This document shows positions 1 to 8,100 of a stretch of DNA of 56,403 bases, piece by piece (the stretch's first letter is position 1; each line of letters opens with the position of its first letter). The stretch spans positions 1 through 56,403 of the forward strand of contig JAMOUS010000060.1 of NCBI GenBank assembly GCA_027067975.1, given 5' to 3'. The translations under genes were made by a program, and so were the position numbers. The notes beneath the pieces were generated by a model that was given only the letters and a program-made list of their open reading frames with translations, was not told where the DNA came from and did not search any database. This DNA comes from Bacteroidales bacterium. GTDB lineage: Bacteria > Bacteroidota > Bacteroidia > Bacteroidales > VadinHA17.

Positions 1-86
1 ATATGCTTTTGATAAAAGGGATTTTTGTTTTTTCAAAAAACAGGAACATTTGTTTTATCTTTATTTCTAAACCCAATCTATTCGAC

Positions 87-1712
87 ATGACCGGTAAAGA
101 ACTTATCTACAACGCCATACATCTGAAGCCTATTGAGCGCACCCCTTGGGTTCCTTTTGTGGGGGTCCACGGCGGCAAGCTCCTGGGAGTGGATGCCACC
201 ACTTACCTGCGGTCGGGGGATCTGATTTTCCAGGGTGTCTCCAAGGCCATTGAGATGTATGAACCCGACGGCATCCCGGTGGTGTTCGACCTCCAGGTGG
301 AGGCCGAGGTGTTGGGATGCGACCTAATGTGGGCCGACGACAATCCCCCTTCGGTGGCTTCCCATCCCTTAAGCGAGGGGAAACGTCTTGACGACCTGAA
401 GGTACCCACGCTCGATGACGGCCGCATCGGCATGATCATGGAGACGACGCGCCGCCTGCGGGAGGCACACCCTGACATCGCCCTCTACGGCTTAATCACC
501 GGCCCCTTCACGCTGGCCCTCCACCTCCTCGGCACCGACGTTTTCATCAAGATGATGGAAGACGAGGAATACGTCCACCGGGTCCTCGACTTCGGCAAGC
601 GGGTGAGTATCTTCATGGCCGACGAATACATCCGCCACGGTTGTGATGTGATCGCCCTGGTCGATCCCATGACCAGTCAGATCAGTCCCGAACAGTTCCG
701 GCAGTTCGTCACCAACCCCGCCACAGAAGTCTTCGAGTTCATCCGGCAACAGGGAGCCATGAGCTCGTTCTTTGTTTGCGGCTATGCACAGCAGAACATC
801 GAGGCAATGTGCGAGTGCAAACCCGACAACGTCTCCATCGACGAGAACATCCCCCTCGACTATGTGCGCGAGGTAGCCCTCTCCCGCGGAGTGAGTTTCG
901 GCGGCAACATGAAACTCACCGTCGTGCTGCTGATGGGATCACCCGAGGACTGTCAGGTACATGCGCTGGAGTGTATCGACCAGGCCGGCGACAAGGGTTT
1001 CATTCTGGCGCCGGGGTGCGACCTGCCTATGGACACCCCGCCCGAGAACCTGCAGGCGGTCACACGACTGGTGCACGACGACTACCAGCGGGAGGTGATC
1101 CGCACCCTCATGGAGAACCAACCCGACGAAGAGAAACTGCCCGACATGAGCGAATACGGACAGACCGACAAGGTGATCGTCGACATCATCACCCTCGCCT
1201 CCGAGTCGTGCGCCCCCTGCAAATACATGGTCGATGCCGTGAAAAACGTCGCTCCCGAGTTCGAAGGCATCCTCGAATGGCGGGAACATTCCATCAAGAA
1301 AATGGAAGCGGTCAACTTCATGAACGCCCTCATGGTCCGTAGCCTCCCCACCATCTGCATCGACGGCAAGATCGCCTTCACCTCCCAGATCCCTCCCCGC
1401 CACGAGCTGATCCAGGCCATACAGAACCGCATCAACGAAAAACTCAAGCTGAAGCTCAGCCGCAAACATCCCGAGATGCTCCTCTTCACCACCTCCAAAG
1501 AGGAAGAGGAAAAACTGCACGAGGTTGTCTCCGAGGCCATCACCGAACTGGGTGCCGACGTCGATATCCGTCACATCACCGACGAAAAGGTGATCCGCTC
1601 CTACGGGGTCCATAAAACCCCGGCCGTGATGACCGTCAGTTACAAACTGAAAAGCCAGGGACGCATCCCCTCGGTGGATGTGGTGAGGGAATGGATCAAA
1701 GAGGTGATGTAG
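87..1712 (+). CDS. URO-D/MtaA-type (uroporphyrinogen decarboxylase family) methyltransferase-like protein fused to two C-terminal thioredoxin-fold domains
   Basis: ORF 3..1712. The first plausible start is ATG 87 (MTGKELIYNAIHLKPIERTPWVPF...); the 28 upstream codons lie in AT-rich promoter-like DNA. The N-terminal ~340 aa resemble the URO-D family (LAPGCDLPMDTPPENL). A thioredoxin fold with CAPC follows (VIVDIITLASESCAPCKYMVDAV...LPTICIDGK), then a second Thioredoxin_3-like fold without cysteines (...VHKTPAVMTV...). Confidence 0.8.
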   Translation: MTGKELIYNAIHLKPIERTPWVPFVGVHGGKLLGVDATTYLRSGDLIFQGVSKAIEMYEPDGIPVVFDLQVEAEVLGCDLMWADDNPPSVASHPLSEGKRLDDLKVPTLDDGRIGMIMETTRRLREAHPDIALYGLITGPFTLALHLLGTDVFIKMMEDEEYVHRVLDFGKRVSIFMADEYIRHGCDVIALVDPMTSQISPEQFRQFVTNPATEVFEFIRQQGAMSSFFVCGYAQQNIEAMCECKPDNVSIDENIPLDYVREVALSRGVSFGGNMKLTVVLLMGSPEDCQVHALECIDQAGDKGFILAPGCDLPMDTPPENLQAVTRLVHDDYQREVIRTLMENQPDEEKLPDMSEYGQTDKVIVDIITLASESCAPCKYMVDAVKNVAPEFEGILEWREHSIKKMEAVNFMNALMVRSLPTICIDGKIAFTSQIPPRHELIQAIQNRINEKLKLKLSRKHPEMLLFTTSKEEEEKLHEVVSEAITELGADVDIRHITDEKVIRSYGVHKTPAVMTVSYKLKSQGRIPSVDVVREWIKEVM

Positions 1713-1728
1713 ATGGAAGGAGGGAGTT

Positions 1729-1941
1729 AATGAGTATGGAGTATGGAGTATGGAGTATCGAGTATCGAGTCAGTGAGTCCCAGCTTTCGCGAGGTGAAAC
1801 CGAAGCGAAAGATGTAGGACGAACTGACCCTGACCGGAACGAAGTGGAGCGTCAGGGTTACAAGAGAGTGCCTGGAGTGCCTCGAGTATTTGGAGTACTT
1901 GGAATATTTGAAGTTGGGAGTATGGAGTTCGGAGTTCGGAG
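1729..1941 (+). repeat. Mosaic intergenic repeat, locus A (heptamer run, two hairpins, 9-mer run, heptamer run)
   Basis: 1738-1770: ATGGAGT x3 and ATCGAGT x2. 1771-1781: CAGTGAGTCCC. Hairpin CTTTCGC(1784-1790)/GCGAAAG(1805-1811). Hairpin ACCCTGAC(1827-1834)/GTCAGGGT(1851-1858). 1866-1910: five 9-mers (GAGTGCCTG, GAGTGCCTC, GAGTATTTG, GAGTACTTG, GAATATTTG). 1911-1940: heptamers. The same modules recur at 13.6-14.3, 18.25, 37.1-37.7 and 43.1 kb. Confidence 0.9.
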
Positions 1942-1944
1942 CAT

Positions 1945-2886
1945 ATGAAGATTCCGTTCTACATTGTCACCGGTTTTTTAGGAGGCGGAAAGACCACCTT
2001 TCTCAAGCATTTTTTGCGCACCTTTTCCGGGAAATACCGCATTGGCGTGATCCAGAACGAGTTTGCTCCCGGGCAGGTGGACGGTGCGGAGTTGCGGCGC
2101 GAAGAGGAAGATTTCGAGCTGCTCGAGATCAACAAGGGGTCGGTCTTTTGTGTCTGTCTGCTCAACGACTTCACCCGTTCGCTGAAAAGTTTCATTGAGA
2201 AGTACCATCCCGACCTTCTCCTGTTGGAGGCTTCGGGGCTTGCCGATCCCATTGCCGTGGCCGAGGTGTTGCAGGGGCCGGAGCTCTTTCCCCTGCTGTA
2301 CCTTTCGTACATCTGGACGATCGTGGATGCGGAGCACTTCGGCAAGGTAGGCAGTATGGTCACCCGTGTGGAACGGCAGGTGCGCGTAGCCGACAAGGTG
2401 CTCATCAACAAGATCGACAAGCATCCCGGACCGCTCGACCCGCTCATTGCGAAAGTGCGCGAATGGAATCCTTTTGCCGCCATTGAGACGGTCACGTGGG
2501 CGCGTGCCGATCTGAACAATCTGGAAGAGCTGGCCGGTCATGTGCCGGTGGCCATGAAGAAAAAAGAGGAACACCGGCGTTTCGAACCGCTCAACCGTCC
2601 CGGCACAGGCACGGTTGCTCTCAAGACCACCTGGCCCATCCGCCGCGACCGTCTGGAAGCGTTCATCCGGGAGATGCTGCCTCTCAGCTACCGCATCAAA
2701 GGCACCGTAAAGCTCGACGACGGCACCTTCGTCAGCGTCCAGGTCGTCATGGGCGAGGTCGAATACCGCGACGCAGGCCACCTCATGCAGCCTACCGAGC
2801 TGATCGCCATCGGCCCGGGCATCACCCCCGCCACCTTCGGCCACCGCTTCCACGACTACCGCAAAGGGAAAGCCTCGCCCCACTAA
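1945..2886 (+). CDS. CobW/COG0523-family G3E P-loop GTPase (putative metallochaperone)
   Basis: 313-aa ORF. Walker A motif GFLGGGKTT sits at the N-terminus, with COG0523-like ...LLLEASGLADP... and NKID motifs. The usual CxCC metal motif reads FCVCLL, so the third Cys is missing. Confidence 0.85.
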   Translation: MKIPFYIVTGFLGGGKTTFLKHFLRTFSGKYRIGVIQNEFAPGQVDGAELRREEEDFELLEINKGSVFCVCLLNDFTRSLKSFIEKYHPDLLLLEASGLADPIAVAEVLQGPELFPLLYLSYIWTIVDAEHFGKVGSMVTRVERQVRVADKVLINKIDKHPGPLDPLIAKVREWNPFAAIETVTWARADLNNLEELAGHVPVAMKKKEEHRRFEPLNRPGTGTVALKTTWPIRRDRLEAFIREMLPLSYRIKGTVKLDDGTFVSVQVVMGEVEYRDAGHLMQPTELIAIGPGITPATFGHRFHDYRKGKASPH

Positions 2887-2940
2887 CGGAAAAATTCCTC
2901 CCGTTCATCAATCCCCGACCTCCCAAAAACAGTTTTTGGC

Positions 2941-2948
2941 TATTTTTG
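2941..2948 (+). promoter_or_regulatory. Candidate Bacteroidota -7 promoter box (TATTTTTG = TAnnTTTG)
   Basis: Exact match to the TAnnTTTG consensus, 26 nt upstream of ATG 2975. No well-spaced -33 TTTG was seen. Confidence 0.3.
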
Positions 2949-2974
2949 ACCGTTCACAAAAAATCTTTCTAACT

Positions 2975-3472
2975 ATGAAACGTACCTTGACCCTGATGTT
3001 CCTGGCGATGGTGTTCCTTCTCCCGCCGGTGGCAGCCCAGCAGTATTCCAACCAACTGAAGAAAGAGCTCATCGACCTGCCGGGATGGAAAGGCGCTGAT
3101 GCAGACGGTGCCGACATGATCTTTAACCAGATGAAGCTGATCACCGCCTCCCGTGAATACACCAAAGGCGATGCGCAGGTGACGGTGGGCATTCTCATCA
3201 CCAACACCGGAACACAGGCAGGAAAGATCCCGACGGTCCTCTACGAAGACGAGGACGGCTTCGCCAAGACCCAGAAGATCAAGGGTTACGATGCTTACGT
3301 GGTATATGACAAGAAAGAGCACAACGGCAGCATCATCGTGATCCTCCTCAACGACCCCATTGCCATGCTGGTGACGCTCAACTATGAAAAGATCGGCTGG
3401 CAGGAGGCCGTCGACCTGATGAAGAAGTTCGATCTGGATGCCATGAAAAAGGTGGCCGAAAGCCTCAAGTGA
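2975..3472 (+). CDS. Hypothetical secreted protein
   Basis: ORF 2936..3472. Start chosen at MKRTLTLMFLAMVFLLPPVAAQQ, a clear signal peptide. No recognisable family. Confidence 0.6.
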   Translation: MKRTLTLMFLAMVFLLPPVAAQQYSNQLKKELIDLPGWKGADADGADMIFNQMKLITASREYTKGDAQVTVGILITNTGTQAGKIPTVLYEDEDGFAKTQKIKGYDAYVVYDKKEHNGSIIVILLNDPIAMLVTLNYEKIGWQEAVDLMKKFDLDAMKKVAESLK

Positions 3473-3479
3473 GCCCTGA

Positions 3480-3900
3480 GAGACGCATGCGGTAACTCTT
3501 GGCCTCCCAGCATAAACTCGATCGATAGCGCTTTGTTGCCAGTATGGCGTGAGAGTTCCTGTCGCAGTTGTTCCGTCTGTTCCGTCTCTCCCGTCACCGG
3601 CAGGTAGTCTATCTCCTCCCCTCCCTACGGATATGCCGCTGCAAGATCTCCATGATCCTGCGGTAGATGTCGTCGATCTCTGCGATATCTTTTTCGCTGA
3701 CAAAGACGCCATGGTTCTGGAGGAAGATCACCTGCGGGTCGCGGTGGCACCGTTCCCGGTAGGGCGACAGTTGTTCTTTCACTTCCCTTCGGAGCTGTAT
3801 GGGACATGTTCTGTGAGATGCACAATGCCCCCACCGACGAACAGGTCATCGCCGAGGTGTGGCGTTCCGAGAGGCAGGTGCTTGCCAAAAGGTGACAATG
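3480..3900 (-). pseudogene. Possible degraded remnant of a class II aldolase domain (YuxG/RhaD-like bifunctional aldolase/SDR type)
   Basis: My own translation of the minus strand gives ...HVPYSSEGK* and then, in another frame, EVKEQLSPYRERCHRDPQVIFLQNHGVFVSEKDIAEIDDIYRRIMEILQRHI. A third frame then reads QLRQELSRHTGNKALSIEFM. The order and spacing resemble the ...VPW.RPGF.L......P...V.L..HG.F.WG... segment of that family. There is no start codon, at least two frame breaks, and only ~130 of >600 expected residues. Confidence 0.3.
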
Positions 3901-3903
3901 TTC

Positions 3904-4287
3904 TTATTTGAAGAGGTCTTCGTCACGGATCAGAAAGAGAATGGCCGACTGCGGCACGATGACATACTTTTCCCCGTTGAACTCGATCTCGAAGGCGCTG
4001 TTCTGGAGGTAGACCGCCAGGTCGCCCTCGCGGGCCTGCAACGGCACATACTTCACCGTCTCGCTCTTCTCCTTCCAGGGCTCATCCTCGTCGGCCACGG
4101 CAGGGATGGGATAGCCCGGTCCCACCTTCAGGACATAGCCGCTGTAGATCTTTTCCCGTTCTTTCACCCCCGGCGGAAGAAACAATCCCGAAGAGGTCAT
4201 GGTCTCTTCCGTACGCGGCTTGATCAGCACGCGGTCACCCACCATGATGAACTTGCTGAGGTCCTTTCCGTCGATACGCAGATCCAT
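3904..4287 (-). CDS. GroES/Cpn10-family co-chaperonin-like protein (orphan, no adjacent groEL)
   Basis: 127-aa ORF. GDRVLIKP...TSSGLFLPPGVKE...GYVLKVGPG matches the Cpn10 mobile-loop and beta-barrel pattern. It is longer than canonical GroES because of an acidic insertion. Confidence 0.7.
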   Translation of the reverse strand: MDLRIDGKDLSKFIMVGDRVLIKPRTEETMTSSGLFLPPGVKEREKIYSGYVLKVGPGYPIPAVADEDEPWKEKSETVKYVPLQAREGDLAVYLQNSAFEIEFNGEKYVIVPQSAILFLIRDEDLFK

Positions 4288-4417
4288 TTTCTGATAGTTT
4301 TTGTTCGTCCGCTTCTCCTCTTTTTCCGGGAGGAGTTGCCGCAGTCATGGTTAAAGGTAGCAATTCGCCTCTACAAAATCCATACCTCTGCGATTTTTCA
4401 CTATTTTTCTCTGCAAA

Positions 4418-5134
4418 ATGGCAAAGTCTATGGAGTTTTTTTTCATCCTTTCCCGTCCTGCGGTAAGCGGCAACATTGGCGCGGCGGCGCGGGCGCTCAA
4501 GACGATGGGGTTCCGGCACTTGCGGCTGGCAGGGGAGACGGATCCCCTCGACGACGAAGCCCGCATGCTGGCCCACGGCTCGCACGACATCCTCGAAGAG
4601 GCCGGACGTTATCCCACCGCCGCAGCAGCCGTGGAAGACCTCGACCTGGTGATCGGCACCACCGCCCGCCCGCGTAACATCCGTCAGGAATACCTTCCCG
4701 TCACGGCATTACAAGATTTTCTCAATGAAAAAGGAAAAGCCGTTCGGCGTGTCGGACTGCTCTTCGGCAACGAATCCTCCGGCCTCAGCAACGAAGAGAT
4801 CGCCCTCTGTGACATCTTGTCATACATCCCCCTGGCCACCACCTTCCCCTCGCTCAACCTGGCACAGGCGATCATGCTCTACGCCTGGGAGATGAAAAAA
4901 GCATTTTCACCGGAGAAAGAAAAAGCGATCCCTTCGCACGAAGAAAACGGCAAAGCCCTCTATCCGATCTTGAAAGAAAAGCTGCGGCAGGTACTCCCCA
5001 AGATAGGGATCCACGAGGCCCGCCCCCTGTATCACAGGATCCTGGAGCGCTCTGCCCTCGCGGGGGAGACCGACCTGCATCTGCTGCTCTCCGTCGCCGA
5101 TGCTACATGGAAAGAACTTTCCCGACAGGAGTGA
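4418..5134 (+). CDS. trmJ: SpoU/TrmH-class RNA 2'-O-methyltransferase, TrmJ-like
   Basis: 238-aa ORF. FILSRPAVSGNIGAAARALKTMGF, LLFGNESSGLSNEEI and SLNLAQAIMLYAWE are the three SPOUT motifs. The length and C-terminal extension fit TrmJ. Confidence 0.8.
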   Translation: MAKSMEFFFILSRPAVSGNIGAAARALKTMGFRHLRLAGETDPLDDEARMLAHGSHDILEEAGRYPTAAAAVEDLDLVIGTTARPRNIRQEYLPVTALQDFLNEKGKAVRRVGLLFGNESSGLSNEEIALCDILSYIPLATTFPSLNLAQAIMLYAWEMKKAFSPEKEKAIPSHEENGKALYPILKEKLRQVLPKIGIHEARPLYHRILERSALAGETDLHLLLSVADATWKELSRQE

Positions 5135-5139
5135 GAACG

Positions 5140-8100
5140 TTATTGCGCCACTTCGACATGCACTTGCGAAGTGACCTCCATGCCGTCACAGGTGGCGGTA
5201 CATCTTACGGAAAAGCTTTCAGCCCCGGCTGTCACGGTCACCACGCCGGGATTTCCGTCGCCGGAGGGTTGGAGGGGAGTCCAGCCGGTTTCGGAATCTT
5301 TTTTGATCTCCCAGGTGAAGCGGGGCTCCTCACAGTTTTCGACGGTGGCGGTGAGGGTCACTTCCGTTCCTTCCTGCACGAATGAGGGCGACCAGGTGAT
5401 CGTCAGCCCCGGCTCCGAGGCGCTCCGTCCTTCCTGCACGACCGCTATCCATGCGCTTGCCGCTCCTGCCGTGAGCATGAGGGTGTCGCGTCGCTCGTTC
5501 TCATGGGGGTTGGCTTCCACCACGATGCTGAAATTGTCCTCGTTCTTTTCCCGGATGGTCACCCACGGCGCAGAAGAAACCACCTGCCAGGGTTCGCAGC
5601 CGGTATATCCCGTGTTGATGAAAAGGGGATGGGAGGTGCCTGCCGCCTCCACATGCACTTCGGGAGGGGAAAGCCGGAAGGTAGCTTTTCCCGGGATGAG
5701 TGTGATGCTCCGGCAGGGGGTTGTGTTCAGAAGCCCTTCGGCGCGGACGAAGAACTTCTCCGTACGGGCCACGGTGACGGTGAGGGTCTCGCCGGTGTCG
5801 ACGGGGTGCAGGCCGCACCCCCCACGGTACCAGTACCAGGCGGCTTGCGTCCCCAGCCGGCCCCCTGCCACCCGTAAGGTCACAGGGCAGTTACGCACCA
5901 CCGCCGTGGCCATCATCACCACACTGTCGGCAGGGAGGGAGGCAAGATAGCCATGGTCGACAAAATAGGGCCGGCTGGTGTCGCCGTCGTAGCCGCGGTA
6001 GCGGTAGGCATAGGCGCTCCTGATCCGGCCGCCGGCATCCCATACCCGCACGAGACGACCGAAAGCATCATGGTCATAACGCGTTGTCCTACCGTCGGGC
6101 CCTGCCATGCGGGTCATCCCCGCCAGCGGATCGTAGGTGTAATGTGTCACCATCGCCCCGTCAGGATAGACGCCTTGGGGTGAATAGACAGCATTGACCA
6201 CGGTGGTGACCGGATTGCCCCATTCATCCCAATGGAGGGCATGGTACACCCTGTCGCAGCCGTGGTATTGCAGCAGGTGTCCCCGCGGGTCATACCGGTC
6301 GAACCACGTGGTGGTACGGTATTGCTTGCCCTCGAGAGTCTGCACCGAGTCGGGCGCCACCACCCCGCCATGGCGGCCGTAGAACGTCCTTGTCCCCGCC
6401 ACCCGGACGGAGTCAACATACCGTTCTTCCTGCACCACCACGCCGGTCATGTGGCGTTCCAGCAGCAGTGCCTTGCCGGGATAGTCTTGCGGGAGGTCAT
6501 CCGCCCGGAGGTGTTCGACCCGCACCTTCCGGCCGTCGCTGGTATGGGTCACCTCTCTACGGAGATGGAAATGCAGGGTGTCGTAGGCCAGTGAGGTGGA
6601 GGTGTAGAACGCATGCAGGCCGGTGGTGTCGTACTGCCACTGCTCTTTTTTCAGGGGCCGGAGCCATCCCCCGCGACGCAGGGTGGCGGTCCAGCGGAAC
6701 GAAAAAGGATTGTCGGGGTCGCGCTGCACCACCTTCACCGCCGGCACCGCCGGGAGGAAGAGCGTATCCTCCCTCCCGCTGAAGCGGCTTACCTGGCGCT
6801 GCCGCAGACGGCCGTCCTCTGCATAGACACGTCGCTCCTTCACCTGGCCGCGGGCCCAGGCAAAAGAGCTGTTCTCCGCAAAGGGGAAGTGAGGCAGGGT
6901 GATGTCGGGATGATCGAGGGGCGAGGTGTACCATGTCACCGTCCGGCCGTTGCCGGGGATATGTTCCGACACGCAGGCATACACCACGTGTGAGCCCTGG
7001 GTGGTAGGCACCTCGGCACGGGCCAGCGAATACACCTCCAGCGGGAAGCAGGCGGGATCGTAGGCAGGCTGCTGCCCCACGTAGTAGAGCTCTTCCGGCT
7101 CCTCCCAGAAGAGGGGGATCCCCAGTAACACCCCGCTGGGAGGACGGCCGTCCACCTCTTCCCGCACATAGCTGTATTCCCTCACCCTCACCGTATCGCC
7201 CAACTCATTGAGGTCAAGGCGTCTTTTCAACCGCACCCCACCTGCAATGGCATAAGGACGGGTACGTACCGCCTGTCGGTATTCGACACGGATGTATCCG
7301 GCCTCCGCCGGCACGCGCGGACGGAAGACCATCCGGTAGCTGCCGGGGGCAAGGCTCATCCACAGGCTGCCCTCCCAGTGGTAACCCTCCTGCCCGTCCC
7401 ACGGCACCGAGTCATGCACCGGGAAGAGCTCTTCCAACAGAAGAGTATCCCCCTCGTCACGGTAGAGCTGCACCACCGTATAAGGATGCTCGAGCAGGGA
7501 GGCCGGGACGAGATTGGGTGCCGTGGGGCTACGGAAATGCCAGCTCACCTCCACCAGACGGTCGTCCTCCGGCGTGAGGGAAAAGCTTTTCTCAACGGCA
7601 TAGCTGCTGTCGTCGGGAAAATGCAATGCCCCGGCCGTCACGCGGCGCAGCTCATAGTCGTTGGCATACACACGGTACACCGTATCGTATGTTCCCTGCC
7701 GGTAGTAGAGTTTTCCTACGACCACATCGTTACGGTCGGGGGCAAAGCGTTCGGCCTCGAGGATGTAGGTACCTTTGTCGAGCCAGAAGCGGTATTCGGT
7801 CTCCTTGCCGGCCGCCTCATCGAGCAGGCGGCGGTACGATACGGCAAAGACCACGCGCTCGGTGTCGAGTTCCACCCGTTTCACCACGATGCGGTCGCTG
7901 GGGGGAATCGTCCCCTCTTCCGTCTTCCGGAAGAAGAGGGGCACCAGCCGCACCACCTGGCCGGGGTCGACGGAGAAGCGGCAGCTGGCATCGCCGCCGC
8001 CCCCTGCCGCCACCTCTTTTTTCATCTCTCCGGCGGGGTACATCAGGTATCCCACCTTGTTCGGCTCATACTCCAGGAGGGTCGCCCCGCCGGTGGGATA

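Noticed and set aside
3-86. The N-terminal extension of the first ORF (MLLIKGIFVFSKNRNICFIFISKPNLFD). Similar extensions occur at 15551..15808, 25102..25272, 32817..32942, 34008..34046, 48810..48878 and 51173..51238.
   Set aside because: The extensions lie in AT-rich upstream DNA or overlap the preceding gene. An internal Met immediately precedes a signal peptide or a family-typical N-terminus.
1691-1948. ORFs running through the repeat loci: 1691..1948, 1890..2198, 13584..13775, 14151..14372, 37354..37590, 37382..37747, 37389..37709, 43055..43291, 43174..43545 and 18285..18767.
   Set aside because: They are open only because 7-, 8- and 9-nt tandem repeats lack stop codons in several frames. 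The same DNA is open in multiple frames and on both strands, and the units are not multiples of 3, so no consistent peptide repeat is encoded.
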